60,036 bases of DNA, from assembly GCA_046727415.1 (NCBI GenBank), contig JBKPCO010000068.1, positions 1 through 60,036 of the forward strand, written 5' to 3'. Under the pieces are notes generated by a model. The model was not told the origin of the DNA, ran no database searches, and worked only from the letters and a program-made list of their open reading frames with translations. Each line of letters starts with the position of its first letter. Positions within the stretch are counted from its first letter, which is position 1. Shown here piece after piece: positions 28,347 to 37,609 of the stretch. This DNA comes from Candidatus Methylomirabilota bacterium (GTDB lineage Bacteria > Methylomirabilota > Methylomirabilia > Rokubacteriales > CSP1-6). The position numbers and the translations under genes are program-made.

Positions 28347-28565
28347 GACCCGACCTCCCGCGTACGTGATGCACAGGCTGGTGCTCCCTCGCAAGCCGAT
28401 ACTACCCGCGCGTCGGGACCCGTTCTACGGCAGACCAGGCAGTGGATGCAATCTCGACGTTCTCAAGGTCGTCGAAGGCCGAAGCTAGGACCAAGGTCTC
28501 TGTTGCGGTCACTCGGGGCGGTTTATGCTTTGACGGTGGTCAGAGAATCCCACAAGGAGATTGAC

Positions 28566-29795
28566 ATGCTCGTGAAGCCCGAAGAAGTCGGACTGTCATC
28601 GGGACGCCTCGGACGGATCAGCGATCACCTTCGGCGCTACATCGACGCCGGCAAGCTGGCCGGCACGCTCACACTGGTCGCTCGTCGGGGAAAGATCGCC
28701 TACTTCCAGCCGCTCGGACATCTCGAAATCGAGCGGAAACGTCCGGTCGCGCTCGATTCGATCTTTCGAATCTATTCGATGACCAAGCCGATCGCGAGCG
28801 TGGGGCTGATGATGCTGTGGGAGCAGGGGCGGCTACAGCTCGACGATCCCGTCCACAAGTTCATTCCGGCGTGGCGGGATCAGCGCGTCTTCGTCGGCGG
28901 CAACCATCCCGCCTGGAAGACGACACCCGCCGAGCGGTCCATGACTGTGCGTGACCTGCTGAGCCACACCTCCGGGCTCACCTATGGATTCATGGAGCGG
29001 ACCAACGTCGACGCAGCGTATCGCAAGCTCGGGGTCGCCGATCGCACGCGGGGCGGCTATACGGCACGCGACATGGTGGAGGAGCTCGCGGCGCTGCCGC
29101 TCGAATTCTCGCCGGGCACGCGCTGGAACTACTCCGTCTCGACGGACGTGGTCGGGCATCTGATCGAGCTGATCTCGGGGCAGCGGCTCGATGCCTACCT
29201 CCGCGAACACGTCCTGCAGCCGCTCGGCATGACGGATACGTCATTCGTCGTCACGGAGGACCAGAGCAAGCGTTTCGCCGCGAACTATCAGCGGCAGGCG
29301 GACGACAGCTTGAAGCTCATCGACGATCCCGCCAGGAGCATCTACCGCGACTGCGCGTTCTTCTCCGGTGGCGGCGGACTGGTCTCCACGGCCCACGACT
29401 ACTTCCGGTTCGCCTCGATGATGCTGAACAAGGGCGAGCTCGACGGCATTCGCCTGCTCGGGCGGAAGACGGTGGAGCTCATGACGACCAATCACCTTCC
29501 GGACGGCCAGGATCTTACGAACCTGGCGCTGCCCGGGATGTTCACCGAGACGGCCTATGCCGGCGTCGGCTTCGGGCTCGGCTTCTCCGTCATGCAGTCG
29601 CCGGCGCGCGCGCAGATCGCCGGAACGCCGGGCGAGTTCGCGTGGGGTGGCGCCGCGGGCACGGCGTTCTGGATCGATCCCGGCGAGCAGATGATCGTCG
29701 TCTTCATGACGCAGATCATGCAGATGGGTTTGCCGGCGCCGTACCCGCTGCGTCGCGAGCTGCGGACACTCACCTATTCGGCGGTTATCGAATAG
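28566..29795 (+). CDS. serine hydrolase (beta-lactamase class C-like)
   Basis: YSMTK (SxxK), LLSHTSG, WNYS, WGGAAGT; AAGGAG RBS. Confidence 0.93.
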   Translation: MLVKPEEVGLSSGRLGRISDHLRRYIDAGKLAGTLTLVARRGKIAYFQPLGHLEIERKRPVALDSIFRIYSMTKPIASVGLMMLWEQGRLQLDDPVHKFIPAWRDQRVFVGGNHPAWKTTPAERSMTVRDLLSHTSGLTYGFMERTNVDAAYRKLGVADRTRGGYTARDMVEELAALPLEFSPGTRWNYSVSTDVVGHLIELISGQRLDAYLREHVLQPLGMTDTSFVVTEDQSKRFAANYQRQADDSLKLIDDPARSIYRDCAFFSGGGGLVSTAHDYFRFASMMLNKGELDGIRLLGRKTVELMTTNHLPDGQDLTNLALPGMFTETAYAGVGFGLGFSVMQSPARAQIAGTPGEFAWGGAAGTAFWIDPGEQMIVVFMTQIMQMGLPAPYPLRRELRTLTYSAVIE

Positions 29796-29872
29796 CTGAG
29801 CCCGAAGGGAGACATCGACCCCGACTACTCAGAGCCTGCTGTTCGTGCGGCGGAGACGGGAGAGTCGACGAG

Positions 29873-30262
29873 ATGGCGAACGCGCGAGCTCATGCCTTCC
29901 TGCTGAGCCTGGTCATCAACGCAGTAGCGCTGCTCATCACAGCCTGGGTGGTTACTGGTATTCATCTCGGCGCCGCCCGACCTCACCCGATCACGAGTGA
30001 CTGGGTGACTCTGTTCATTGTGGCGTTGATCTTCGGCCTGGTGAATGCGGTTATCCGCCCGATTCTGATTCTGCTATCGCTTCCCTTGGAAATCATCACG
30101 CTGGGTCTCTTCATCTTCGTTATCAACGCGTTCATGCTGCTCTTGACGAGTTGGATTGCACAGGCCCTGGGTCTTGGGTTCCGCGTGGACACATTCGTCG
30201 CGGCGTTTCTCGGGGCGCTCATCATCTCGATTGTCAGCTTTGTCTTGAATCGGGCGCTCTGA
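29873..30262 (+). CDS. 4-TM phage holin-like membrane protein (DUF360)
   Basis: GLVNAVIRPILILLSLPLEIITLGLFIFVINA signature. Confidence 0.9.
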   Translation: MANARAHAFLLSLVINAVALLITAWVVTGIHLGAARPHPITSDWVTLFIVALIFGLVNAVIRPILILLSLPLEIITLGLFIFVINAFMLLLTSWIAQALGLGFRVDTFVAAFLGALIISIVSFVLNRAL

Positions 30263-30297
30263 CTAGGACCCTGTAGTTCTGACACGACCCTGTAGTT
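30259..30297 (+). repeat. tandem ~19-bp direct repeat with core GACCCTGTAGTT
   Basis: identical 12-mers at 30267-30278 and 30286-30297, each preceded by CTGAC. Confidence 0.7.
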
Positions 30298-30475
30298 AGG
30301 TTGGAACCCAATCGTAAAAGTGTCAGCAAACGGACACGTAAACGTAAAGTGTTCCAGAACGATCAGAACGATCGTCTGCGCTTCGCCACTACATCATTTG
30401 CCCCTCCCATTTGTGGGGGTTCACCTGGTTGGTGCGTACTGTCCCGGCGGGAGACTGGAATCGCAAGGCGCCCAC

Positions 30476-31450
30476 ATGAAGACGTCTGAGATCAGGATTG
30501 TGGTGTGGCTCTTTGTGAGCGTCGTTATTGCGCTCAGCGTGCTGGGGCTCGCGAATAAGGCTGACCTCCAACCCAGCGTGCCCCTCCAACCTGCCTCACC
30601 CGTTCAGACGACTCCGTCACCTCCTCTCACCACTGCGCCGCCTCAAACTGGAGGGTATCCGTCGAATCCCGAGCCCACCTCAGTGGCGGCGAAACAGAGC
30701 GACCCACTGCTCGGCAAGTCGGCCAGCCCGTCGCCGGCGAACCTCACCAGTGAGCCCCTGCATGCGGTGCGAACCCCGATGGGAACGGAGACGCCGGACC
30801 GACGCCTTCAAGCCAGCATTTCGCCGCCACCTGGAGATCCGCCGGCGCGGCCAGAGCTGGCTCCTGCAGGACCGGCACCTGAATCCCTATCGGAGGGCCT
30901 CACGGCCTTCAAGTGTCCGCTCAGCCGAGTAGCAGTGGTACGCGGCAGTGATTCCGAGGCGAGCGAGGGCGGGGGATTCTATGCGGCGCGGAAGAACGGA
31001 ATTCACGGAGCTGTGGATCTGAACGGTTCGCTGGGCGAGGCTGTGTTTGCCGTCGCGAACGGAAAAGTGGTGACGGCTGGCAATTGGGGAAAACTCGGCA
31101 AGACTGTGGTCCTCGACCACCTGGATGGTGGATATACGACTTACGGTCATCTCCACACCGTCGACGTGAAACCGAACAGCACCGTCACTGCGGGACAAAT
31201 GCTCGGCACGATCGGCTATTCAGGGAACGCCAAGAGACTGCAAGCGAAGAACCTGCCACCCCACTTGCATTTCGCCTATTTCCGCGGGTCTTCTCCCCTC
31301 CTGAGAATCAGGGATACCGCCGATGGTCTCGGAGCTTCACTCGTGCGAGACAACGGGGTTGCGGGGGCCACCGGGGTTGTCAATCCGACCTGGGCCGTCG
31401 GGTTTCACAAGTGTTGGGAGGAGCCGACCCTTGTGAAGCTTCCTGGTTAG
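30476..31450 (+). CDS. M23 family metallopeptidase with N-terminal TM and Pro-rich linker
   Basis: HGAVD (HxxxD), YGHL, PHLHF (HxH). Confidence 0.88.
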   Translation: MKTSEIRIVVWLFVSVVIALSVLGLANKADLQPSVPLQPASPVQTTPSPPLTTAPPQTGGYPSNPEPTSVAAKQSDPLLGKSASPSPANLTSEPLHAVRTPMGTETPDRRLQASISPPPGDPPARPELAPAGPAPESLSEGLTAFKCPLSRVAVVRGSDSEASEGGGFYAARKNGIHGAVDLNGSLGEAVFAVANGKVVTAGNWGKLGKTVVLDHLDGGYTTYGHLHTVDVKPNSTVTAGQMLGTIGYSGNAKRLQAKNLPPHLHFAYFRGSSPLLRIRDTADGLGASLVRDNGVAGATGVVNPTWAVGFHKCWEEPTLVKLPG

Positions 31451-31492
31451 CGCCTGGCCGTAACCTCTGACGCGCGTCTCTCGGTCGACGAA

Positions 31493-31747
31493 CTACCAGT
31501 TGAAGAACCACCAATTATGGCGACGACGGCGTCGACCGCTCTGCGAGCCGCCGCCACTGGTGTTCGCATCGTCTTGATCGCCTCGATGGCCTTGATAGCC
31601 TTGCTCGTCTTGATCGTGTCCTCCGTTCGACCCTGCCTTCGCGAAAGATGGAATGACAGGCAGAGTGAGAATGACGGGAGCGATGAAGACGGTTTTGCGA
31701 AGAACGTCTCGTCTCGTCGTGTCTGCGAACTCAAGAGGGTTTTCCAT
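31493..31747 (-). CDS. 84-aa peptide with Tat/RiPP-leader-like N-terminus
   Basis: GGAGGAG RBS; TRRDVLRKTVFIAPVILTLPVIPSFAKAGS, then low-complexity G/D/Q region and RRRRRHNWWFFNW. Confidence 0.65.
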   Translation of the reverse strand: MENPLEFADTTRRDVLRKTVFIAPVILTLPVIPSFAKAGSNGGHDQDEQGYQGHRGDQDDANTSGGGSQSGRRRRRHNWWFFNW

Positions 31748-32014
31748 GGTCACTGCTCCTCCGTGCGCGCCAGACACCTCGCCGCGCAACTCTCAGCCTA
31801 CAAATTCCCGGAGGGTGTGACACTCCGGTCTTTACCTCATTACCTCATTGGCGGCGTGCGACTCCTTGCCCAATCAGACACTGGTAAAAATGGAGCGGCA
31901 CGAATTCGCCCACTAAAGTCAGTAAGAATTCCCTACCTGGTGATCCGACAATTACCACCTTCAGGTAGTCCGCCGTCGTGGGTGCCGGCGTCCGGCGGGA
32001 CACCACGACGAACT

Positions 32015-32389
32015 TTACGGCTTGTCGAGGGCCTCGCGCACCGTGGCCAGTAATTGGTTGACGCTGATCGGCTTGCTCTGAAAGCCGTTGAATCCAGCCG
32101 CCATAATTCGCGCTCGGTCCTGGGTCATTACCGAAGCCGTGACGGCGATGACCGGAATCGGGCTCGTCACAGGATCGGCCCGCAGCCGTTGCAGTGCCTC
32201 AATGCCATTGATGCCGGGGAGCTGGATGTCCATCAGGATGAGCGCCGGATGGCGCTCGCCCGCGAGGCGGACACCGTCTTCGCCGGTCTCGGCTTCGATG
32301 GTCTGATAACCCTTGATCTGGAGTATGTCCCGCACCAGCTTCAAGCTCTGCGGGTTGTCTTCCACGATCAAGATCAGCTCATTCGCCAC
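32015..32389 (-). CDS. single-domain response regulator (DivK-like)
   Basis: ILIVEDN, LILMDIQLP, AVTAS, SKPI. Confidence 0.92.
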   Translation of the reverse strand: MANELILIVEDNPQSLKLVRDILQIKGYQTIEAETGEDGVRLAGERHPALILMDIQLPGINGIEALQRLRADPVTSPIPVIAVTASVMTQDRARIMAAGFNGFQSKPISVNQLLATVREALDKP

Positions 32390-32429
32390 GGCGCACCGGC
32401 AGGCTGAACGTGAACGTCGAACCCAGCAT
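32379..32429 (-). pseudogene. C-terminal remnant of a histidine kinase (GSTFTFSLPVRRGE*)
   Basis: HATPase_c terminal motif overlapping the response regulator start; rest of the kinase is absent. Confidence 0.65.
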
Positions 32430-33248
32430 CTACCGTTCCGCGCCGGGTCCGTCGCTGAAGAGTGACGGGACGAACGTATATGGATCTGCCGGCTCGGTGA
32501 GGAGCGCTTGCTGTCGCGGGGTGAGCGGGACATCAGGCGGTGAAAGGACCCGCGCGCGCGACCACGCCATCTGCGAGACGCAATACTTGTAGAGCAGAGT
32601 CCGGCGCTCGTGGTCGGCTTTCCATGGGGCTGTTCCGTGCATCACCGCCTCGGAGAATAGGACAACCGACCCCGCCGGTATCTCCGGAATGACCACACAG
32701 GAGGCCTTTTCCGGGGCCTCGTGGATCTGCCGTGGCAGCCTGAAGTGGCTCTTGTGGCTTCCGGGAATGCACCAGAGTCCCCCGTATGCCGCTCCGCAGT
32801 CGGTCAGATTCCAGGCTACGACCGTGAACCCCTCGTAGATGCGGTTGGTCGAAAAGTGAAAGCGTTCTCCCGGCCTGGTAAAGGAGTTGGGCGCCGACGC
32901 CCCGTAGTCCGCGTGCATGGCGCCCATGGTCTGCCCCTTCTGCATGCGGATCCCGTAGAGACGGTCCAGTCGAAAGCAGTCTCCGAGCCGAAGACGAAGA
33001 ATTGGCAGGATCGCCTCATGATCCAGCAGGCGACAGAACGGCTCGCCCCAGTTGAGAAAGCCATGATCCGGTCCGTGCTTACCGGCGGCGGAGCCAAAGC
33101 GGACGCTCTCGCGAGGGCTGGGGAGCCGCTGCGCATCGATCAATCGGTTCAGCTCGGCCACCTCCGCCGCCCCAAGGACGTTGTGGATCACCAGATAGCC
33201 TTGAAGATCGAAAAGGTACTGTTGCAGCTCCTGGTTCGAAGCGTCCAC
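32430..33248 (-). CDS. phytanoyl-CoA dioxygenase family Fe(II)/2OG protein
   Basis: FDLQGYLVI, HAD, GGLWCIPGSHK, VMHGT; start GTG 33248 (GAGGTG RBS) or ATG 33287. Confidence 0.88.
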   Translation of the reverse strand: MDASNQELQQYLFDLQGYLVIHNVLGAAEVAELNRLIDAQRLPSPRESVRFGSAAGKHGPDHGFLNWGEPFCRLLDHEAILPILRLRLGDCFRLDRLYGIRMQKGQTMGAMHADYGASAPNSFTRPGERFHFSTNRIYEGFTVVAWNLTDCGAAYGGLWCIPGSHKSHFRLPRQIHEAPEKASCVVIPEIPAGSVVLFSEAVMHGTAPWKADHERRTLLYKYCVSQMAWSRARVLSPPDVPLTPRQQALLTEPADPYTFVPSLFSDGPGAER

Positions 33249-33443
33249 GGTTTCACCTCTTCCCGTAGGTCGTGAAGACGTAGTCATGAGCGCTGGTCCT
33301 TTTGGCTCGCGTGCCGAGTATGCCACCGGCGCTCGAAGGACGACCATCCGATTTTCCGCGTGACCTTGGGGGACGAAAGAGGTCAGCGTCGGCCCCGTGC
33401 GCCTGCTACTCTTCCGTGGTCGAAACCACCTGGGAGGAACGCG

Positions 33444-34001
33444 ATGAGTGACCCGAGATTCACGACGCTGACACCGGAGACGATGACCGCGGATCAGAAG
33501 CGTGTGGCCGACGCAATCCAGTCAGGCCCACGCGGCAGCGGCCTCCGGGGTCCCTTCAATGCCCTTCTGCGAAGCCCCGAGCTCTGCGATCTCGTCCAGC
33601 GTCTGGGCGCCTTCGTGCGGTTCGGGACCTCCATCCCCCAGCGACTGAACGAGATGGCGATCATCATGGCCGGTCGCAAGTGGACCGCCCAGTACGAGTT
33701 CCACGCGCATCGCCGGCTCGCCCTCGAAGCGGGATTGAGCCCGGCCATCGCCGATGCCATCGCGGCGAACCAGCGCCCCGCGAGTATGGCCAAGGACGAG
33801 GAGACCGTCTACGACTTCGTCTCGGAGCTCCTGGCGACCGGCAGCGTCTCGGACCCGGCATTCCAGCGCGTCACGGACACCTTCGGTGAGCGCGGTGTTG
33901 TCGATCTCGTCGGTGCCGTCGGCTACTACAGCCTGGTGTCGATGACGCTGAATGTCGCGCGGGTGCCACTGCCCGCCGGAGTCACACCGCCCCTGAAATA
34001 G
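33444..34001 (+). CDS. carboxymuconolactone decarboxylase family protein
   Basis: GPFNALLRSPEL, AQYEFHAH, GVVDLVGAVGYY; GGAGG RBS. Confidence 0.9.
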   Translation: MSDPRFTTLTPETMTADQKRVADAIQSGPRGSGLRGPFNALLRSPELCDLVQRLGAFVRFGTSIPQRLNEMAIIMAGRKWTAQYEFHAHRRLALEAGLSPAIADAIAANQRPASMAKDEETVYDFVSELLATGSVSDPAFQRVTDTFGERGVVDLVGAVGYYSLVSMTLNVARVPLPAGVTPPLK

Positions 34002-34015
34002 GGCGGGGGCTCACG

Positions 34016-34867
34016 ATGGCCCCGCGTGTGAGCGCGCGGAACGCTGTCGCCGCGCTCGCACTGCTGGCGGGCCCCGGCTTAACCGCGTGCTCGAGCCCGC
34101 CGCCCGCGCCGCCGCAGCAGCCGGCCGCCGTCGAGACGAGCGTCTCGACCACCTACTACTCGGTGCGCGGGACGACGACGGCGGCGATCTTCGCGGCCAT
34201 CGACGCCAACGGCCTCGTCGAGAAGACCGGCCAGCGCGCGGTGGGCGTGACGTCCGCGGAATGGAAGCTGACCTCGGGCGACGTGGATGCCAGGGTCATG
34301 CCCTGCGTTTTTCCGTCTCTGACGGTCATGCTCCACCTCGCGGTCACGCTGCCGCGACACGACGCGCCGGAAGCCCTCCCGACCGACGTCCGGGGTCGCT
34401 GGGAGAGCTTCGTTGCCCGAGTCGCCGCCCACGAGCAGCGTCACGTCGACATCTACCTGGACGGCGCAAAGGCGATGAAGGCGCGCCTGGAGGCGACGCG
34501 GACATCCGTGTCCTGCGCGGACCTCGAGAAGGCGATCGACGCCGCTTGGCGCGCTGAGCAGGCGGTTGTCGAACGCGCGCAGGCGGAGTTCCACGCCGCC
34601 GATGAGACCACGGCCCAGAGCCAGCGCGCGTCGCTGCAGGCCCGGCTCGACGACGCCCGCGCGCGGCTCGAGCCCATGGATGCGGAGATCCGCCGCCTCG
34701 ACACCGAGCTCGCAGATCTTCGACGCCAGGTCGGTGCCGGGCGCGCGGATCTCGTCGCGCAGCACGACGCCCTCGCCGGGCGGCGCAGCGCGCTCGCGGA
34801 GGAGCACAACCGGCTCGTCGCGGACGTCAACGGCCTGATCGACGCCCTCAACTGGGCGCGCTGGTGA
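34016..34867 (+). CDS. DUF922-type Zn-protease-like lipoprotein with C-terminal coiled coil
   Basis: lipobox LTAC, YYSVRG, HEQRH (HExxH). Confidence 0.75.
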   Translation: MAPRVSARNAVAALALLAGPGLTACSSPPPAPPQQPAAVETSVSTTYYSVRGTTTAAIFAAIDANGLVEKTGQRAVGVTSAEWKLTSGDVDARVMPCVFPSLTVMLHLAVTLPRHDAPEALPTDVRGRWESFVARVAAHEQRHVDIYLDGAKAMKARLEATRTSVSCADLEKAIDAAWRAEQAVVERAQAEFHAADETTAQSQRASLQARLDDARARLEPMDAEIRRLDTELADLRRQVGAGRADLVAQHDALAGRRSALAEEHNRLVADVNGLIDALNWARW

Positions 34868-35732
34868 CCACGAGCGGCCCGCGAGACGCCCGCGGCTCGC
34901 CCAAGAGTTCCGTCTCGATGGTCAGCACCCAGTCGACGACCTCCTCGCGGCTCTGGAGAACCCCGTAGAGTCCCGCGAACACGATCGACGCGTCCTCGCC
35001 TCCAACCGTTGCCGCCCGCAGGGCCTCGTCGAGGCGCCGGCAAGCTTCCTCATATCGACACGCAGGGTCGTCCCCGGGAAGGGCCTCGTCGATGGAAGCC
35101 CCATAGAGTCGCTCACACCGGGCAAGGTGATGCAGGACGCGGCGGAGGGGCCAACCGCCGTCGGGCGGTTGCCAGTCGAGCTCGGCCTCGGTGAGCTCGC
35201 CGGCACGTTGTTGGACGAGCCGGGCTACCTGATCAATCCGCCATAGCCACGCGTCGAGGTCCGAGCTGGAAAGGGGCAGGAGATCACCCGGCAAGGTCAC
35301 ACTCGACCCCACCCACCCGTCGGTCGGTGTGGGTACCAGCCCGTCGCGCTGCCAGGCGAGCCACTGCTCGATCTGGTTGAGATGGTCCAGCGCGTGGTCC
35401 AGCACGCGGCGGAGCGCCTTGCGTGGGGTGTACGTGTAGCGGCCGACACCCGCGGGAGCCGTGAGCGGTCGCGGCTGCGCAGCGGTCAGCCTCGAGAACA
35501 GCTCGTTGGTCATGAAGGACGAGATCTCGTGGGACGGATCGTGGACGTTGAGCCGGGCGAGATGCGTCCGGGCTCGCTCGTGAGCCTCCTGGTAGTGGCG
35601 AACCGGATCTCGCGGCGCCGGAGTCAGTGTGTGGACTGCGACCATGCGGGCCGCGGTGGCATGCGCGAGCACAATGCCACCGTCCGTCATCGTTTTGAGC
35701 ACCAGTTGTTTCGACATGTCGAGGGCATTCAT
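34848..35732 (-). CDS. DinB superfamily protein (tandem domains)
   Basis: YTPRKALRRVLDHALDHLNQIE and WPLRRVLHHLARCERLY. Confidence 0.7.
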   Translation of the reverse strand: MNALDMSKQLVLKTMTDGGIVLAHATAARMVAVHTLTPAPRDPVRHYQEAHERARTHLARLNVHDPSHEISSFMTNELFSRLTAAQPRPLTAPAGVGRYTYTPRKALRRVLDHALDHLNQIEQWLAWQRDGLVPTPTDGWVGSSVTLPGDLLPLSSSDLDAWLWRIDQVARLVQQRAGELTEAELDWQPPDGGWPLRRVLHHLARCERLYGASIDEALPGDDPACRYEEACRRLDEALRAATVGGEDASIVFAGLYGVLQSREEVVDWVLTIETELLGEPRASRGPLVVTSAPS

Positions 35733-35932
35733 AAACCGGACCTCCTTCCCACTCAGGATGGTGGCCGGCGATGCCGCCGTCCAATGCATCTCTCGTATCC
35801 AGCCGATCAGCTTCCGTGATGCGGTCCCTGCACCTTTCACGTTGCCTCTGCGCACAGCGCCAGCTATTCTTCGGACCTCCAGCCCGATATCGATGGGGAT
35901 GGCGAACCCGCTTGGCACGGAGGAGCGTCGCG

Positions 35933-36775
35933 ATGGCGATCATCGATTCCCAGGTCCACTGCTATGAGGCGAACACGCCGAAACGGCCCTGGCACACCGT
36001 CCCGAATTGGCCCGACCACGCCACCGGCGACGAGATGGTGGCGGCCATGGACAGGCTCGGCGTCGATGGCGCGATCTTCATCTCCGCCTTTTCCATGTAC
36101 CGCTATGACGCGAGCTACGCGGTGGAGGTGCAACGGGCTCATCCCGGCCGGTTCGCCATCGTCAAACCGGTCGATCCGGATGATCCAGCGGTGGCCGACG
36201 TCATCGCAGACTGGAAGAAGACGCCGGGCGCAGTCGGCATCCGAATCATGATGACGAAAGAGGCAGGGCGCGATCCGAACGACCCGGGCCTCGACCGGAT
36301 CCTGCGCGCCGCGGTTCAGTACGACCTCCCCGTCAACATGCTGTGCTGGGGCAACGTGGACGCGGGCGCGGCGCTCATCGACCGCCACCCCGACACGCGA
36401 TTCATCATCGACCATCTGGCCATCATGCAGCCGCGAACGCCGCCTGCCCCGCCGCAGCCATGGGCCGATCTGCCGAAGGTGCTGGACCTCGCCAGGCGCC
36501 GGAACGCGGTGATCAAGGTCAGCGGTGCCTGCACGCTATCCCGGGAGCCCTATCCGTTCCGCGACATCTGGGACCCCCTCGCCCGCGTGTTCGACGCCTG
36601 GGGTTTCGATCGCTGCCTGTGGGGCACCGACTGGACTCGCGCCTTCGCAGTCGTCAACTACGAGCAGGCAGTCGAACCCTTCCGCCAGACCGACCGCCTG
36701 AGCGAAAGTGAACGCGCAATGCTGATGGGCGGTGCCTGCGCCAAGGCGTATCGCTGGTCGCCGAGAAAAGCCTGA
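35933..36775 (+). CDS. amidohydrolase-2 family protein
   Basis: IIDSQVH, IIDHLA, IKVSG, LWGTDW; GGAGGAG RBS. Confidence 0.92.
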   Translation: MAIIDSQVHCYEANTPKRPWHTVPNWPDHATGDEMVAAMDRLGVDGAIFISAFSMYRYDASYAVEVQRAHPGRFAIVKPVDPDDPAVADVIADWKKTPGAVGIRIMMTKEAGRDPNDPGLDRILRAAVQYDLPVNMLCWGNVDAGAALIDRHPDTRFIIDHLAIMQPRTPPAPPQPWADLPKVLDLARRRNAVIKVSGACTLSREPYPFRDIWDPLARVFDAWGFDRCLWGTDWTRAFAVVNYEQAVEPFRQTDRLSESERAMLMGGACAKAYRWSPRKA

Positions 36776-36782
36776 TGGGGAG

Positions 36783-36821
36783 GAGGACGCATCATCCGAT
36801 CGACGATGCGTCCTCTCTTTT
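36783..36821 (+). terminator. Rho-independent terminator
   Basis: GAGGACGCATC / GATGCGTCCTC 11-bp stem followed by TCTTTT. Confidence 0.75.
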
Positions 36822-36827
36822 GTCTCC

Positions 36828-37148
36828 CTATTGGGGCTGTTTCGGTGCGTCTGGGACCGGTTCGCTCCGGCCCCGAGATAGGCTGGTCAGAACCTTGCGG
36901 CCGTCATCTTGCTCTCGGTACATCGCGACCACAATCATGCCCTTGTCGAGAGCTCCTGAATTGAGCTGCGCTCCTGGCGGAGCTTGCAGCTTCGTGCCGT
37001 CGTCGAGAGTGAGCTCGGTTCCAGATTCGTCGACACTCTGCACCCGACCAACGAGCATCTTCTCGTCGGATTGCGTTTGAGCCGCCGCGTAGAGCGGCGT
37101 GGACGCAATCACTGCGACCAGGACTCCGAGCATCAATAATCTGTTCAC
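36828..37148 (-). CDS. small secreted protein (DUF1344-like)
   Basis: signal peptide, GRVQSVD...LTLDDGTK...GMIVVAMY. Confidence 0.6.
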   Translation of the reverse strand: MNRLLMLGVLVAVIASTPLYAAAQTQSDEKMLVGRVQSVDESGTELTLDDGTKLQAPPGAQLNSGALDKGMIVVAMYREQDDGRKVLTSLSRGRSEPVPDAPKQPQ

Positions 37149-37503
37149 TGAACCCTCCCGTGCCACAGAGTCGCGCGGCACCTCGAGATTTGGAACCGTG
37201 ATCGCCCTTTTCCGCGCGTGAATCCACCGGGGTATTCCCGCAACTCGCCCCGAGGATTTCCCCTAACGGGGCGTCGACAAACCCGGTAACCGCTACTCGG
37301 TAAATTCTCCGCGCCTTGAATTTTCGATCGACGCGAAGTCCATTCTCGCGTCCCCGTTCGCAGCTCGCGCTTGCATCGCAAACCGGGCCTACCAAGTAAG
37401 TCTTTCGTTGGCCCGACATTGCCGCCTACTGCCGGGCTGCACACCGACGCTCTAGCGTCGATTTACGAAGGTCTCGTTTGGGTCGACCGCCTCCGTTCGC
37501 GCT

Positions 37504-37519
37504 TGGCATTCGCCGTGCA
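37504..37519 (+). promoter_or_regulatory. sigma54 (-24/-12) promoter
   Basis: TGGCAT-TCGCC-GTGCA, GG-N10-GC, upstream of the DUF6496 gene. Confidence 0.5.
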
Positions 37520-37609
37520 AGAATCGAGTCCATGGTGATCGCCAAGAGCGAGCTACACATGGCCTTCGAGCGTGAGCGCTGCACCGCGCCGGAGACCGAG
37601 GAGGCAGCC

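Noticed and set aside
27519-28565. Long N-terminal extension of the serine hydrolase ORF
   Set aside because: It is the antisense of the DLH and PPOX genes; a clear RBS precedes ATG 28566
30259-30375. CRISPR array
   Set aside because: Only two 12-19 bp units, no spacer-length intervals, no cas genes
29873-31450. Holin plus M23 peptidase as a prophage lysis cassette
   Set aside because: DUF360 proteins are common chromosomal genes; no phage structural or integrase genes are nearby
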